DNA of 64,000 nucleotides from NCBI GenBank assembly GCA_025558095.1, contig JAIVFI010000034.1, positions 186,001 to 250,000 of the forward strand, in the 5' to 3' direction. Below the pieces are notes generated by a model that did no database searches, was not told the origin of the DNA, and saw only the letters and a program-made list of their open reading frames with translations. Numbering within the stretch: position 1 is the stretch's first letter; each line of letters begins with the position of its first letter. Shown one piece after another: positions 11,644 through 22,300 of the stretch. A program made the position numbers and the translations under genes. Origin of the DNA: Hyaloraphidium curvatum SAG 235-1. Its lineage: Eukaryota; Fungi; Monoblepharomycota.

Positions 11644-12918
11644 TCATGGCGGCTTTTGCGGATCCTCCCCTGCCGATCGCGGCGGCGGCACCCTGCACCG
11701 CTCCCCCGGCATCCATCCGTCCCGCACCATGGCTTTGCCCGGGTCCACGCACCGCGTTTTGTTCCTGTACCTCACCGCGTCCATGTAGTGGTTGACCCGC
11801 AGCTCCCCCGCCGCGGCGCGCACCTCAAGCTTCTCCCTCCCTAGGGACGCGCGCACGGCGTACAGATGGTGCATGTCCGGCGCCGCCGCGGTCCAGGTCC
11901 TGAAGAAAAGCTTCGAAGCGCGCTGGCACATGTCGGGGAAGCGGTGCTCCGCCAGCCCCGGCCCGTCCGCGGGCCCGCCGGGGTGGGTGAAGAAGGCGCG
12001 GTCCAGAATCACCGCATCCGGCACCGGATCCGCTTCCAGGAGTCGCTGAAGCGGTAAGGCGCCGCGGCACACGACGAACTCGTCCGGGTCCACGTTGACC
12101 GCCCACTCGGCGGACCACCTCGCCAGCGCGGTGCAGTGGTGCAGCGCGGCGGTCTGCTCGAGCAGCCCGCGAGGCGCGGGGGAGGGCATCCCTCTCCAGC
12201 GGGGGAAGTAGCGCACCTCCCGGCCGGCGGCGCCGAGGGCGGCGGCCGTGGGGGCAAACGAGCCGTCGAGGTCGTACAGGACGGCGGAGTCGACGGCGCC
12301 GTTGGAGAAGTGGTGCTCGAACCAGAGGCGGACGGCGTCGGGGCGGTTCTGTTCGAGAAAGGAGCGGTTCCAGAAGGGCTGCGTGCACAGCGTGACCCGG
12401 CCCGCGCCGGCCGAAGGGTCGAAAGGCACGACCTCGAGCTCGAAGGCGGCGTCCAGGGCGCCTTCGAGCTGCACTTTCAGCGTCCGCCCGACCAGCGCCT
12501 TCAGCCGTTCCACCCCGGCGGCTGTCACCGGGCACAGAACCCGCGCAAGGTCGCGCTCCTGCGGCGGGAGCGCGACCGCGGTCCCGGCTTCCACGACTCC
12601 GCCGGGTCCCAGAACAAAACGCGGCGCGCCTTCCAGCGGGTCCGAGACGAGGATCTTGTGGTCGCTGCGACGCGTCGGGGAGGCGGCGATGAAAAGCGCG
12701 AGCTCCAGGAAAGCGGTGCCGTTCGGGGCCGCGTCCAGCGACGCGGCGACGAGCGTCCAGGTGGCGCCGTGCACGGGCTCGAACCCCCGCGTGCGCACCG
12801 CAACGGGGCCCGCATGACGCGGCGGCCACGGTGGCCGCATGAAGATAGCGAGGGCGAGTAGGAGGACGAGGAGTCCTGCGAGCACCCCGCGCCGCCCGCA
12901 CAGCTGCGCGGGGCCCAT
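11644..12918 (-). CDS. Type II membrane glycosyltransferase, GT92/DUF23-like
   Basis: N-terminal signal anchor VLAGLLVLLLALAIF. Motifs VTLCTQP, WFEHH..G.....LYD, EQTAALHHC, WAVNVDPDEFV (DxD) and VNHY. No intron evident. Confidence 0.7.
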   Translation of the reverse strand: MGPAQLCGRRGVLAGLLVLLLALAIFMRPPWPPRHAGPVAVRTRGFEPVHGATWTLVAASLDAAPNGTAFLELALFIAASPTRRSDHKILVSDPLEGAPRFVLGPGGVVEAGTAVALPPQERDLARVLCPVTAAGVERLKALVGRTLKVQLEGALDAAFELEVVPFDPSAGAGRVTLCTQPFWNRSFLEQNRPDAVRLWFEHHFSNGAVDSAVLYDLDGSFAPTAAALGAAGREVRYFPRWRGMPSPAPRGLLEQTAALHHCTALARWSAEWAVNVDPDEFVVCRGALPLQRLLEADPVPDAVILDRAFFTHPGGPADGPGLAEHRFPDMCQRASKLFFRTWTAAAPDMHHLYAVRASLGREKLEVRAAAGELRVNHYMDAVRYRNKTRCVDPGKAMVRDGWMPGERCRVPPPRSAGEDPQKPP

Positions 12919-13110
12919 AAGGGTCCAAAAGGCCCTCCTTAAGCGTCTTTTAAGGGCGACCGGAGTTTTGGGACGCCGCGGGCGCCATGCGCTCGCAGTT
13001 CTGCCGCCCGCCGCATTGTTTACTCGCCCGGTTTGGCTGGAGGCAAGGGATCGTCTCCCCCGTCTCCCGCCGGTCGACTCGGCGCACCCCCCGAAAAGCA
13101 GCCCGCCGCA

Positions 13111-14160
13111 ATGTCCGGCCTCAGGCTCGCCCACCGCCCCGTCGCCTTCGTCACCGGCGCCGCCGCCCCCAAGGGCATGGGCCGCGCCTCGGCGCTGCTG
13201 CTCGCCAAGCACGGCGCGCGGGTGGTCGTGAGCGACCTGCCTTCGAAGGAAGCCCAGGGGAAGGAGGTCGCCGAGGCGATCGGAAAGGGGGGAGGCGAGG
13301 CGATCTGGGTGCCGCTGGACGTTTCGGACGAGGAGGGGTGGCGGGCCGCGGTCGATTCCGCGGAGAAGCAGCTTGGCCCGCTGAGCGTGCTCGTGAACAA
13401 CGCCGGAATTGGGTTCCCCGGTTGGTAACTTCGTTGTGCCGAATCCGGACGCCGCGTGCTTGATCTCAGATGGATGGCCTCGCGCCAGAGATCGACGGCC
13501 CCCCGCAGACGCTCGCGGACCACCCCACGGCGGCCTGGCGTCGCGTGCTCGGCGTCAACCTGGACGGCGTCTACTTTGGCCTGAAGCACGGCGCGAAATC
13601 GATGCTCAAGAGGGCGGACAAGTCGCACCAGGGGTCCATCATCAACTTCTCGTCGGTCGCCGGCTTGTCCGGGACCGGGGTTCCCTACGGGATGCTCGGA
13701 TACACGGTTCGGCGTGCAGTTCCCCGGGGACTCAATGTGGAGCTCACCCATCCTGCCCACCGCCCCCAACCAGGTCTCGAAATGGGGCGTCCGCGGCCTG
13801 ACCAAGCAAGCCGCCGCTCACTTTGCCCCCCTCGGCATCAAAGTAAACGGAATTCACCCTGGGCCCATCGCAACCAACATCTTTGACGAGATGATAGAGA
13901 AGCAGCCCGGTCTCGGTGAGGCGCTCGCCCAGACCGGGGGGAGCACGGTGCCCGCGGGGCGGTGGGGGAGGCCGGAAGACGTGGCGAACGCGGTGCTGTT
14001 CCTGGCGGGGGACGAATCGTCATACATGTACGGAGGTGGGTTTGCTTCTTTGTCGGATTGTGCTTGGGGAGCGCTGACGCGGTCGGTGCGCGGCGCAGCC
14101 GAGCTCGTGGTGGACGGGGGGTTCATGACCGCGAACGGACTCCACACCGTGGGAGTGTGA
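13111..14160 (+). CDS. Classical short-chain dehydrogenase/reductase (SDR)
   Basis: VAFVTGAAAPKGMG, LDVS, LVNNAGI, VNLDG, IINFSSVAG, Y-x3-K across an intron (YT|VSK), VNGIHPGPIAT, GRWGRPEDVANAVLFLA, VDGG. Confidence 0.92.
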
Positions 14161-14310
14161 TCGGAGGAATGTCCACGTCTTCAGATGCACAATGGAGTGT
14201 CTATGCCGCCTCCGCGGGAGCATCAGGATCAATAAACGGGGCCATAGTGACTTGCGTGCATGCAACTGGGGACGCAAGGGATTCACCATGCTCAACTCTG
14301 TCCCTCAAAA

Positions 14311-16014
14311 ATGCGTTGGCGGCGGATCGACTGGCGGTTCGCCTTTGCCTTGGGCGGACTCTTGGGACTATTTCTGCGGCCGAGCTGGCCCATCTGCGCG
14401 GTCGTGAGCCCCGGTGGCGCCGCATCGCCGCCCGACGGGCCGGCAGTGCCCTCAAACGCCAGCGCCAATGCCACGGCGCGACATGGCACGGAACGCGACC
14501 TGACCGCGCAGCAGCCTGAACTGCCGGCCCAACTTCCGCCCGCGGCGACGGTGGCGACGGCCGCCGAGGCAAAGGCGGTCGTGGCGGACGCGGTGCGCCG
14601 CTTCGAGAAACACGGCGAAATCGTCGCCCCGCTCGCGGCCATCGAGTCGACCCTTGCGTTCGACGTCGGCCAGCAATGGAACCGCGAGCGCCTGCGCCGC
14701 CTGGCCGGCCTCCTGCGGCACGGCTGGGTCGAGCTGCCGAACCGCGGCCGGACCCCGCCGTACCTTCGCTCGCGCAACGCGCTCTACTGCCTGCTCATGT
14801 CGATGCCCTGGCGGTCCGACGGCTACTCCACGCGGTCGCAACACGTCGCGGCCGGTCTGCGCGGCCACGGCTGGAACCTGACCGCCGCCACAGCACCCGG
14901 CTTCCCTTTCAACCACGAGGGCATGATCATCAAAGCGCCCTTCGACAAGACCGCCGCCTCCTTTTCGCACGAGGTCGGCGGCGTGCCGTACATTGCGGCC
15001 GACGGACCGCACGCCGGCTCCGTGTTTGCCGACTCGCTCATGGGCGCGTACGCAAACCACTTTTACCGCGAGGCGAAGCGCATACGCTCCTCCGTCATCA
15101 TTTCGACCTCGCCGTACGTGGTAGCGCTCCCTGCCCTCGCCGCCGCCCGCAGGCTCGGCGTGCCCTTCGTCTACGAGGTGCGCTACTTTGCCGAGATCAC
15201 GCGTGGCTCCCTCGAACCCCCGTGGATGGACTCGGACGAGCGCCGGATGGCGACGGTCTTAGAGACGCAGGTCTCGAGGGGCGCGGACCTCGTCGGCACT
15301 CTGACGAAGGAGATGGTTACGGAGCTCGGCAACCGCGGCGTCGCCCGCGACAAGGTCGTCCTGGTGCCCAACGCCGCCGACGCCTCGCACTTCCGCCCCC
15401 GCCCGCGCGACCCGAAAATCCTCGCCCAGGTCGGGCTGCCCGCCGACGCCGCGGTGGTCGGCTTCGCAGGCACCGTCTCCGGGTACGAAGGCCTCGAACT
15501 CCTCGTCGAGGCCGTCGCGCAGCTCGCAAAGGACGGCGTGCCTCTGTACCTCCTCGTCGTCGGCGACGGCCTGGTGCTCCACACCGTCCGCGCGCGCGCT
15601 GAAGCGCTGGGCATATCGGGGCGGTGCCGCTTCCCCGGCCGCGTGCCGCACGACGCCGTGCCGGACTACCTGGCCGCCATGGACGTCGTCGCCGTCGTGC
15701 GGCCGTCGATCCCCGTCACGGAGCTCGTATCGGCGGTCAAGCCGCTCGAGGCCATGGCCATGGGCCGCGCGATGCTGCTTTCGGATGTCGCCCCGCACAA
15801 GACGATGGCGGAGGGGGGGAGGGCCGCGCTGTTCCGCAAGGGGGAGGTCGGGGACCTCGCGAAGGTGCTGGGGAGGCTTTTGGGGGACAAGGAAGAGAGG
15901 GAGAGGATGGGGAGGAAGGCGAGGGAGTGGGTGGAGAGGGAGAGGAACTGGGATGCCGTGACGGGCGGGTTCTCGAGGGCGATCGAGGCGCTGCTGGAGA
16001 AGGAGGCAGCATGA
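14311..16014 (+). CDS. GT4 family glycosyltransferase (bacterial-type) with N-terminal signal anchor, intronless
   Basis: DGYSTRSQH, AARRLGVPFVYEVR, VGFAGTVSGYEGLELL, LLVVGDG, FPGRVPHDAV..Y, TELVSAVKPLEAMAMGR..SDV. N-terminal hydrophobic FAFALGGLLGLFL. Confidence 0.9.
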   Translation: MRWRRIDWRFAFALGGLLGLFLRPSWPICAVVSPGGAASPPDGPAVPSNASANATARHGTERDLTAQQPELPAQLPPAATVATAAEAKAVVADAVRRFEKHGEIVAPLAAIESTLAFDVGQQWNRERLRRLAGLLRHGWVELPNRGRTPPYLRSRNALYCLLMSMPWRSDGYSTRSQHVAAGLRGHGWNLTAATAPGFPFNHEGMIIKAPFDKTAASFSHEVGGVPYIAADGPHAGSVFADSLMGAYANHFYREAKRIRSSVIISTSPYVVALPALAAARRLGVPFVYEVRYFAEITRGSLEPPWMDSDERRMATVLETQVSRGADLVGTLTKEMVTELGNRGVARDKVVLVPNAADASHFRPRPRDPKILAQVGLPADAAVVGFAGTVSGYEGLELLVEAVAQLAKDGVPLYLLVVGDGLVLHTVRARAEALGISGRCRFPGRVPHDAVPDYLAAMDVVAVVRPSIPVTELVSAVKPLEAMAMGRAMLLSDVAPHKTMAEGGRAALFRKGEVGDLAKVLGRLLGDKEERERMGRKAREWVERERNWDAVTGGFSRAIEALLEKEAA

Positions 16015-16304
16015 TCGCCCTTCGTGCTGGTGGAATCGGGGCGCCGCATTTCGAATGGCCATGGCCGATGGCGGCCGTCCCTCGGGTGGCCGTGCTGGGC
16101 AAGGGGCACTGGTAGACGAGGGTAGCTCCGCATCGATCTGGAGGCGCTGGGGGCGGGCATGGTTCCAGCCGAGGAATGAAGAGACTCCGTCCGATCCGTG
16201 ACCGATCGCGCCAATACCCGAACACTTTGTCCTCCGACGCAGTACTCATTCCATTGCCAAAGCGACCCAGGCATACATCAGGAAAGCAGACTCAGACAGC
16301 AGAC

Positions 16305-19300
16305 TCATTGATCCAACAATCCATCGCCAAAGGCAGCGCCCAACCGCGACGCGTACTCCTCCCCTCCCGACGGCATCTTCTCCCACAGCGTCGGGACATC
16401 GTTCCGCCGCCTGTTGCGGCTGTTTTTGCCCCACTTGTAGCGGTGCGGCGCGGGTCCCTTGTACTCCATCACGTTGTCCAAAAAGCCCTGGACCCCCTCG
16501 GGGAGGAACTGCAGGTCCAGGACGACGTCGCTCCCGTCGACGACGTTCTGCGCCCTGTACAGTTTGGCATTGGCGAGCAGGTCGCGGACGGCCGCATCCG
16601 CCGTGGCCGCGCGGAGGCCGCGGAGGGCGGCGGCGCTCGACGCTTCGGAGCTTCCGTCGGGGCTCGGATCCAGGGCCATGCGGCTGAAGCCGAAGATCCG
16701 CTTGACGATGCCCAGGATCAGGCTCTGGAAGAGTCGGATGGCTGTTGCGGAATGTGTCAGGGATTGCACGAAGAGGCACGAAAAGCGCCGTACCAGTCCC
16801 GAGCAGGTCAAGAAGGTCCACGTCGAACTGCGTCGACCAGCGCTCGCTCCCGACCATCCCCACCAACGCGCACGAAAGCTTGCCGCCCGCGGCGTCGGCC
16901 CCACCGATCCGGAGGTCGATTCCGGCGGTCATGCTCGAGATGGTGAAGAAGTCCGTGGCGGCCGCGATCCGCGCGAGGACCTGCCCGGCCAGGGTGGCGG
17001 CGCGCTGCGCGACGGACAGGACCGAGTTGGCCGCATTGAGGGCGAATTGGGCGACGTTGTTGGCGACCGTCGCCACGGCGCAGGCGGCGCGGCAGGCCAT
17101 GTCCACCGTCGTGTCTGGGAGGCAGGATCAGGGCGAGATCTCGCCTGGCAACGAGGGGAGACTCACTGATGATCCAGTCCCAGGCCCCGCAAACGTATTC
17201 TATGATGGCCACGGCGAGAGAGCAGGCAGAAGAAGCAAGCTGGGAGGGGAACAGAAGTGAGAGGGAGAGGAAAGGCATAACGAAGCTCACGACTCACATT
17301 GGTGAGATGGCTATAGAAGAAGGATGGAAAGGCTCGTTAGCAGGATCCAGAGCGAGCCAAGTGCGCGACGGGCACTGACCAACTGAGGTCGAGCAAACCG
17401 CAGGACTTGGACTCGGGACACTTGATCTTCTGGACCCAAGCTGCCGGGCCGCCCGCATGAGTGCACGGTCGCTGGTGTTGGCTACAAGGGCCACTCACAT
17501 GTGCATCCCCACGTTCTCACTGTGGTCACGCACTTGTCTTGGTTGCACACTGAGGACCCGTGAGGACGAGATGTTCGGGTGCATCGCGAACTTCACGCAC
17601 CTGAGGTAAGCGTTCGGTCCACTTCTGCCTTCGCGTTGGTGACACTCCTCTGGGCCTGTGGAGAAGCCGGCAAGATTAGCTTGTGGCAGCGGATGTGAGG
17701 TGGGGATGACCGACATCTGCCAAGGCGTTCGCCGCCTCCTGGCACCAGCCGGAAATCGCTGCCGTCACTCTGCTGACGAACTTGGTAACTGCGACGACAG
17801 AGGGTCAGAAGGAGTGCCAACTTCAATCCAAGCGGCCGTACTTAGATCTAACCCGCTGCGGAGGCAAGCAGCGAGTCAGAATTCAGATTCGAATCAGCAC
17901 GGGGCAGCATCGGTCACGCACCCGAATCCGACGGACGCCGAGACGCCCATGCTCGCCCATCCTTGCGAAGCGAGCGAGGCCGCGATGCTGAGGTTGGCGG
18001 ACAGGCCGAAGAAGTTGGTCGAAGCTGAGACGCGGAAGTTGTTGGGGACGGCAATGTCGACGATGACCTCGGCCTGCGCACGGAGTGAGCCAATCAAAAC
18101 ACGTGGAGGTACGGACAATCCGCGGAGGACTTACTCCTATGGCACCACCAAACAGAGACAAGAATGCCGAGCCTTGAATGACGGGCCGCGCCCGCCTGAT
18201 GCCGCGGGCATCGATGTAGACGAAGGCGCCGTCATTGGGCGCGGTCCTGTTCCTCTGGAGGACAAAGATGTCGCCTCCGATCCTGCCAGACACGCATGTC
18301 AATTGCAAAGCACAGCCACCTTCGAACTGGGTCCCACGTTAGCGGCGCCAAGGCAACATCAGCGAGCACGCCGTCGTCCGGATCCCACGAAAGCTGGGCC
18401 CGGCCCCGCAGGCCCAGGAAGTTAAAGCTGCCATTGAAATAGATTCCTTTCGGGAACGAAACACCGCGGAGCGGCTCCTGCGACTGCAGCGGCGAGAAGG
18501 AGAAAGTGAGGATTCCGGGGAAGCCCGTGTCCGCGAGGACCGGGGGGAGGTCGGGCGGGCTGTCCATCAGCGCCGTGAAGATGTTCTTGAGAACCATGTT
18601 GCGCAGCCGAATCCCGAACCTGAGGGGCAAGGCAAGATCAGAACTCCAGATCGATGCGCGACCGCACAAGGCACTCTTACCAGTTCTTCTTTGAGTCGGC
18701 GGGGTCTATTCCGACGTAGCTGGCGCAGGGAAGCATGAATTTGCGATGGAGAAGCCGGCAAGCACCACGAACCCGGCCCCGGAGACGCATCGCGCGGTCC
18801 CGTTTGCCGCCCGCATTTCGCAACACTTGCACGAGCACGGTGAGTCCTTGACGTTGTCCGTGTACTGCCGCGTGGGGTCGGCCGCGCAGATCTTCCTAAG
18901 CGTCGATCCTGGCCCGCCGTTCAGGTTGTCCGAGTTTGGATTGCCAAGCTCGGCCAACTCGCTCGTCGTGTACGTGGCGCACCGGAAGATGCGCGGCGGG
19001 GGAAGGTTGTTTCCATAGCAAGGCTGGAGACCCAGCATGATCTGCAGAGCATAAATGTCAGCCTCCTTTCGAGGTGATTGAGCGTGAGCACCCGCCTCGC
19101 CGCCGACCAGGATGGAAGGCATCGGTAGACCAGCCACTGGAGATGTGGCGCTGACCCCGAGACCGATCACGAGGTTGCCGACCGCGAGCCGAGGATTGCC
19201 GAAGGCATTTGTCCACATCCCAATCTGTTCCGAGTCCGTTAAGTCGGAGGCGGCCAGGGTCGGGAAATCCTCATACCATGTAGCCCTTGAACTCGACCTT

Positions 19301-22300
19301 GGGAGGAACAAAGATCGCGGCGACTTCGACCTGCCGGCAGATTGCGGATCAGCCGATCGGACCCTGCGCACGCTGCGGAGCAGCGTACCCCGAACGTGAG
19401 CGTGGTCCCGTTGTTGACCACGACCGCCATCTCCCCAAAGACCACGAACTTGGGCGTCTTGCTGATCACCATCTCCAGCCCGGCCTTGTTCAGGGTGAGC
19501 TTGTCGTTGATCTTGAGGTTCACGAGCGCGGCTCCGACGGCGAATTCCTCCTCGCGCACCGAGACATAGACCCGGAGGCGCGCGGAGCCGATGAAGCCCT
19601 TGAAGGTGATGCAGACGGTGTCGTTCTTGCAGTCGGCGGGGAACCCGAAGTCGGCAGCCAGGGTCAGTCTGCGGGGTCCGCCGTCGTCAGCAAGATGCGA
19701 TCCAAAAAGGCCGAAGGCCTCACCCTTTGGGAATCGAAGGCTCATTGGCGAGCTCGGGAGCCTGCCAGCGCCAGTCGGGGTTCTCGACGAGGTCCAGCTC
19801 CGTCTGGGACAGCAGCCCGTAGATCGTGGTCCCGGCGTTGCTCGGCGCCACCGGCATGGACTTGAAGTCCATGCTGCCGCCTCCCGTGGCCGACAGCAGC
19901 TGGTTGAACGAGTTGACGTCCCCGGTCCGGATGATGATGACGCCCGCCGCGATCCGCTTCTCCTCGAGCTTTCCCACTTGTACTTCCATATAGGCCGACG
20001 GCATGAATGACGGGGACCCCTTGGCAGTCGCCTGGTAGTCGCCGCCCTCGTACACGGCCTGCAGGGCAAAATCGTTGATGTAAAAGTCGTTGAGCGCGTC
20101 GGTGACAAAGTCCAGGGCGGCGGGCATGATCGGGGCCGACAACTTGGCCAGGACGGGGCCGATGGGGAGCGCCTCGCTCTCGATCCTGAGGATGAACTTG
20201 AGCGCGCGGGGGTCGAGGTCGGAAACCAGCAGGCGCTTGTCGGGATCGTACGGGACGAGCGCGTCGGGCTCGTGCTCGGGCGGCTCGAGCCACCGCTTGC
20301 GGCGCGGGCGCCGCCACGGCATCGTTGGCTCGACCAGACCCATCGGCTCCTGCCGGGGCGATCTGTCAAGCACGGTCCCCGCAATCGACGCGGAGCACCC
20401 ACGGCTCTCTTCAAGGTCTGCGCCCCGCCGAGCGGCCCGATCCGCTGCGTGTCGCTGGTCCAGACCACCTGCCGGCGCCCGATCTTCCCCTCGTACGCCC
20501 GTGCCGTGTTGTTGCCCGCCGGCTGCGTCGAGTTGGTCCCCGGGGTCGTCGTGTTTGTCGGCGTCGTCGAGTTGGTGCTCGTCCCGTTGGCGCCTTCGCC
20601 TCCGCCGCCCCCGCCGACGGGAACCTCGAGCCCGGCCGTTACGGTGATGGTCTGGTTGGCCACGTACCAGGACCCGATGATATTGAAGGCGAAGAAGCCC
20701 TGCTTGTCGACGACGTCGTAGTTGTACGAGCCCTGGAAAAGGACCTCCTTGAGCTTGGTGAAGTTGCCGTCGAGCGTGACTTCGCCTCCGCCGGCGAGCA
20801 GCGCGGTGCTGCAGGTCGGGGACCGTCAGAGACGGACGACAGCAGACGCAGATCCGGGACCCACATCATGATCGAATGCTCGCACGGCTTGACGGCGTTG
20901 GGCGCGCACGCCGTCCCCGAAATCGTCGTGATGGTCCCGAACTCGGCCGAATCGTCCAGCTCCGGATCCGGCACGGCGATGTCGAACCCCATCCCCCGCA
21001 CCAGCGCGGGCAGGCTCCACCCCAGCGGGGTCACGTCGACCTCGATCGAGAGGGACTGCCGCGTGAGCACGATCTCCACCGAGGGGGCCTCGTCGGCGTT
21101 GGGGAAGGTCGGGGTGAGCAGGCTCGCGCTGCCCGTGGCCGAGTACGGGCCCGGGGACAGGGTGATCAGGGAGTCGTAGTCGAACTCGATCTCCACCTCG
21201 GTGATGTTGAGCACCGCCCCGCCCAGGACGATGTCGTCCACGGACGCGACGAAGGAGCCGAAGGTCGCGGTGCCGTTGGCCCCCACGGCGGCCCGCATCG
21301 AGGTCAGCGTGAGCCGGGTGAGCCCGCCGGCGCAGTAGGTGCACAGGGCGGTGTCGAACCGCAGGCGCAGCTTGGTGAAGACGCCGTCGGCGGCCAGGGC
21401 GGTGTCGTTGGCGTCGAAGCACAGCATCGAGGGGGCAATGGCCACGGCGACGAGGGGCATGCCGTCCCCCGAGGAGCCGAACAGCGCGTTGGGGCTGCCC
21501 GCGACGATCGCCGAAAAGAGGGCGTACTGTGCGTCGGTCATCTGGTCCTGCGCGTCCGCGGGCGAGGTGACGTTGAAGATCTGGTCGGTGAAGCAGCGCT
21601 GGCACAGGTACGGGTAGTCGGTGCACTTGACCGCCGCCGTGGCGGTGGTGAGGGTCGAGGTTGTCGCCGTCCAGGTTGTGCTCGTGAAGCTGGTCGTCGA
21701 GCTCCGCGTGCGCGAGCTCGAGCTGCGCGTGAAGGACGTGGTACGGGTGTTGGTGGCGGACGTGGTACGGGTCTTGGTGCGCGTGCTGGACGTTGCCGAC
21801 AAGGAGCTGGAGGTCTGCCGATCACGCGCGGGCGCTCAGCTTGAGGCGATCGCCCGGGCCCGCGCGCAGCACCCACCCTCGTCTGTGTCCGCGACGTAGT
21901 CAGCGAGCTGGTGCTGGGCGTCCTGGACGTCGTAGCCGTCAGCGAGCTGGTGGTGGCCGTGTTTGAAGTCGTCGCGGTCCGGGAGCTGGTGCTTGGCGTG
22001 AACGACGTCGATGTTGCAGTTAGCGAGCTGCTCGTTGCCGTCAAGGATGACGATGTCAGAGTCAGAGAGCTGGTGGTTGCCGTCAACGAAGAAGTCGTAG
22101 CAGTCAAGGAACTGCTGGTTTCCGTAAAGGATGATGTCGTCGCAGTCAGCGAGCTGCTGGTTTCCGACAGAGACGTCGATGTCTCGGTCAACGAGCTGCT
22201 TGTCGCAGTCAAGGACGACGAAGTCGCGGTCTCCGAGCTGCTAGTCTGCGTCGCCGAAGACGACGTGAAGCTCGTGGTGCTGCTCGAGAGCGTCACGGAC

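Noticed and set aside
9691-16014. Secondary-metabolite cluster (FAD oxidase, SDR, glycosyltransferases, esterase)
   Set aside because: No PKS, NRPS, terpene synthase or prenyltransferase backbone gene in the window, and both GTs have secretory-pathway anchors.
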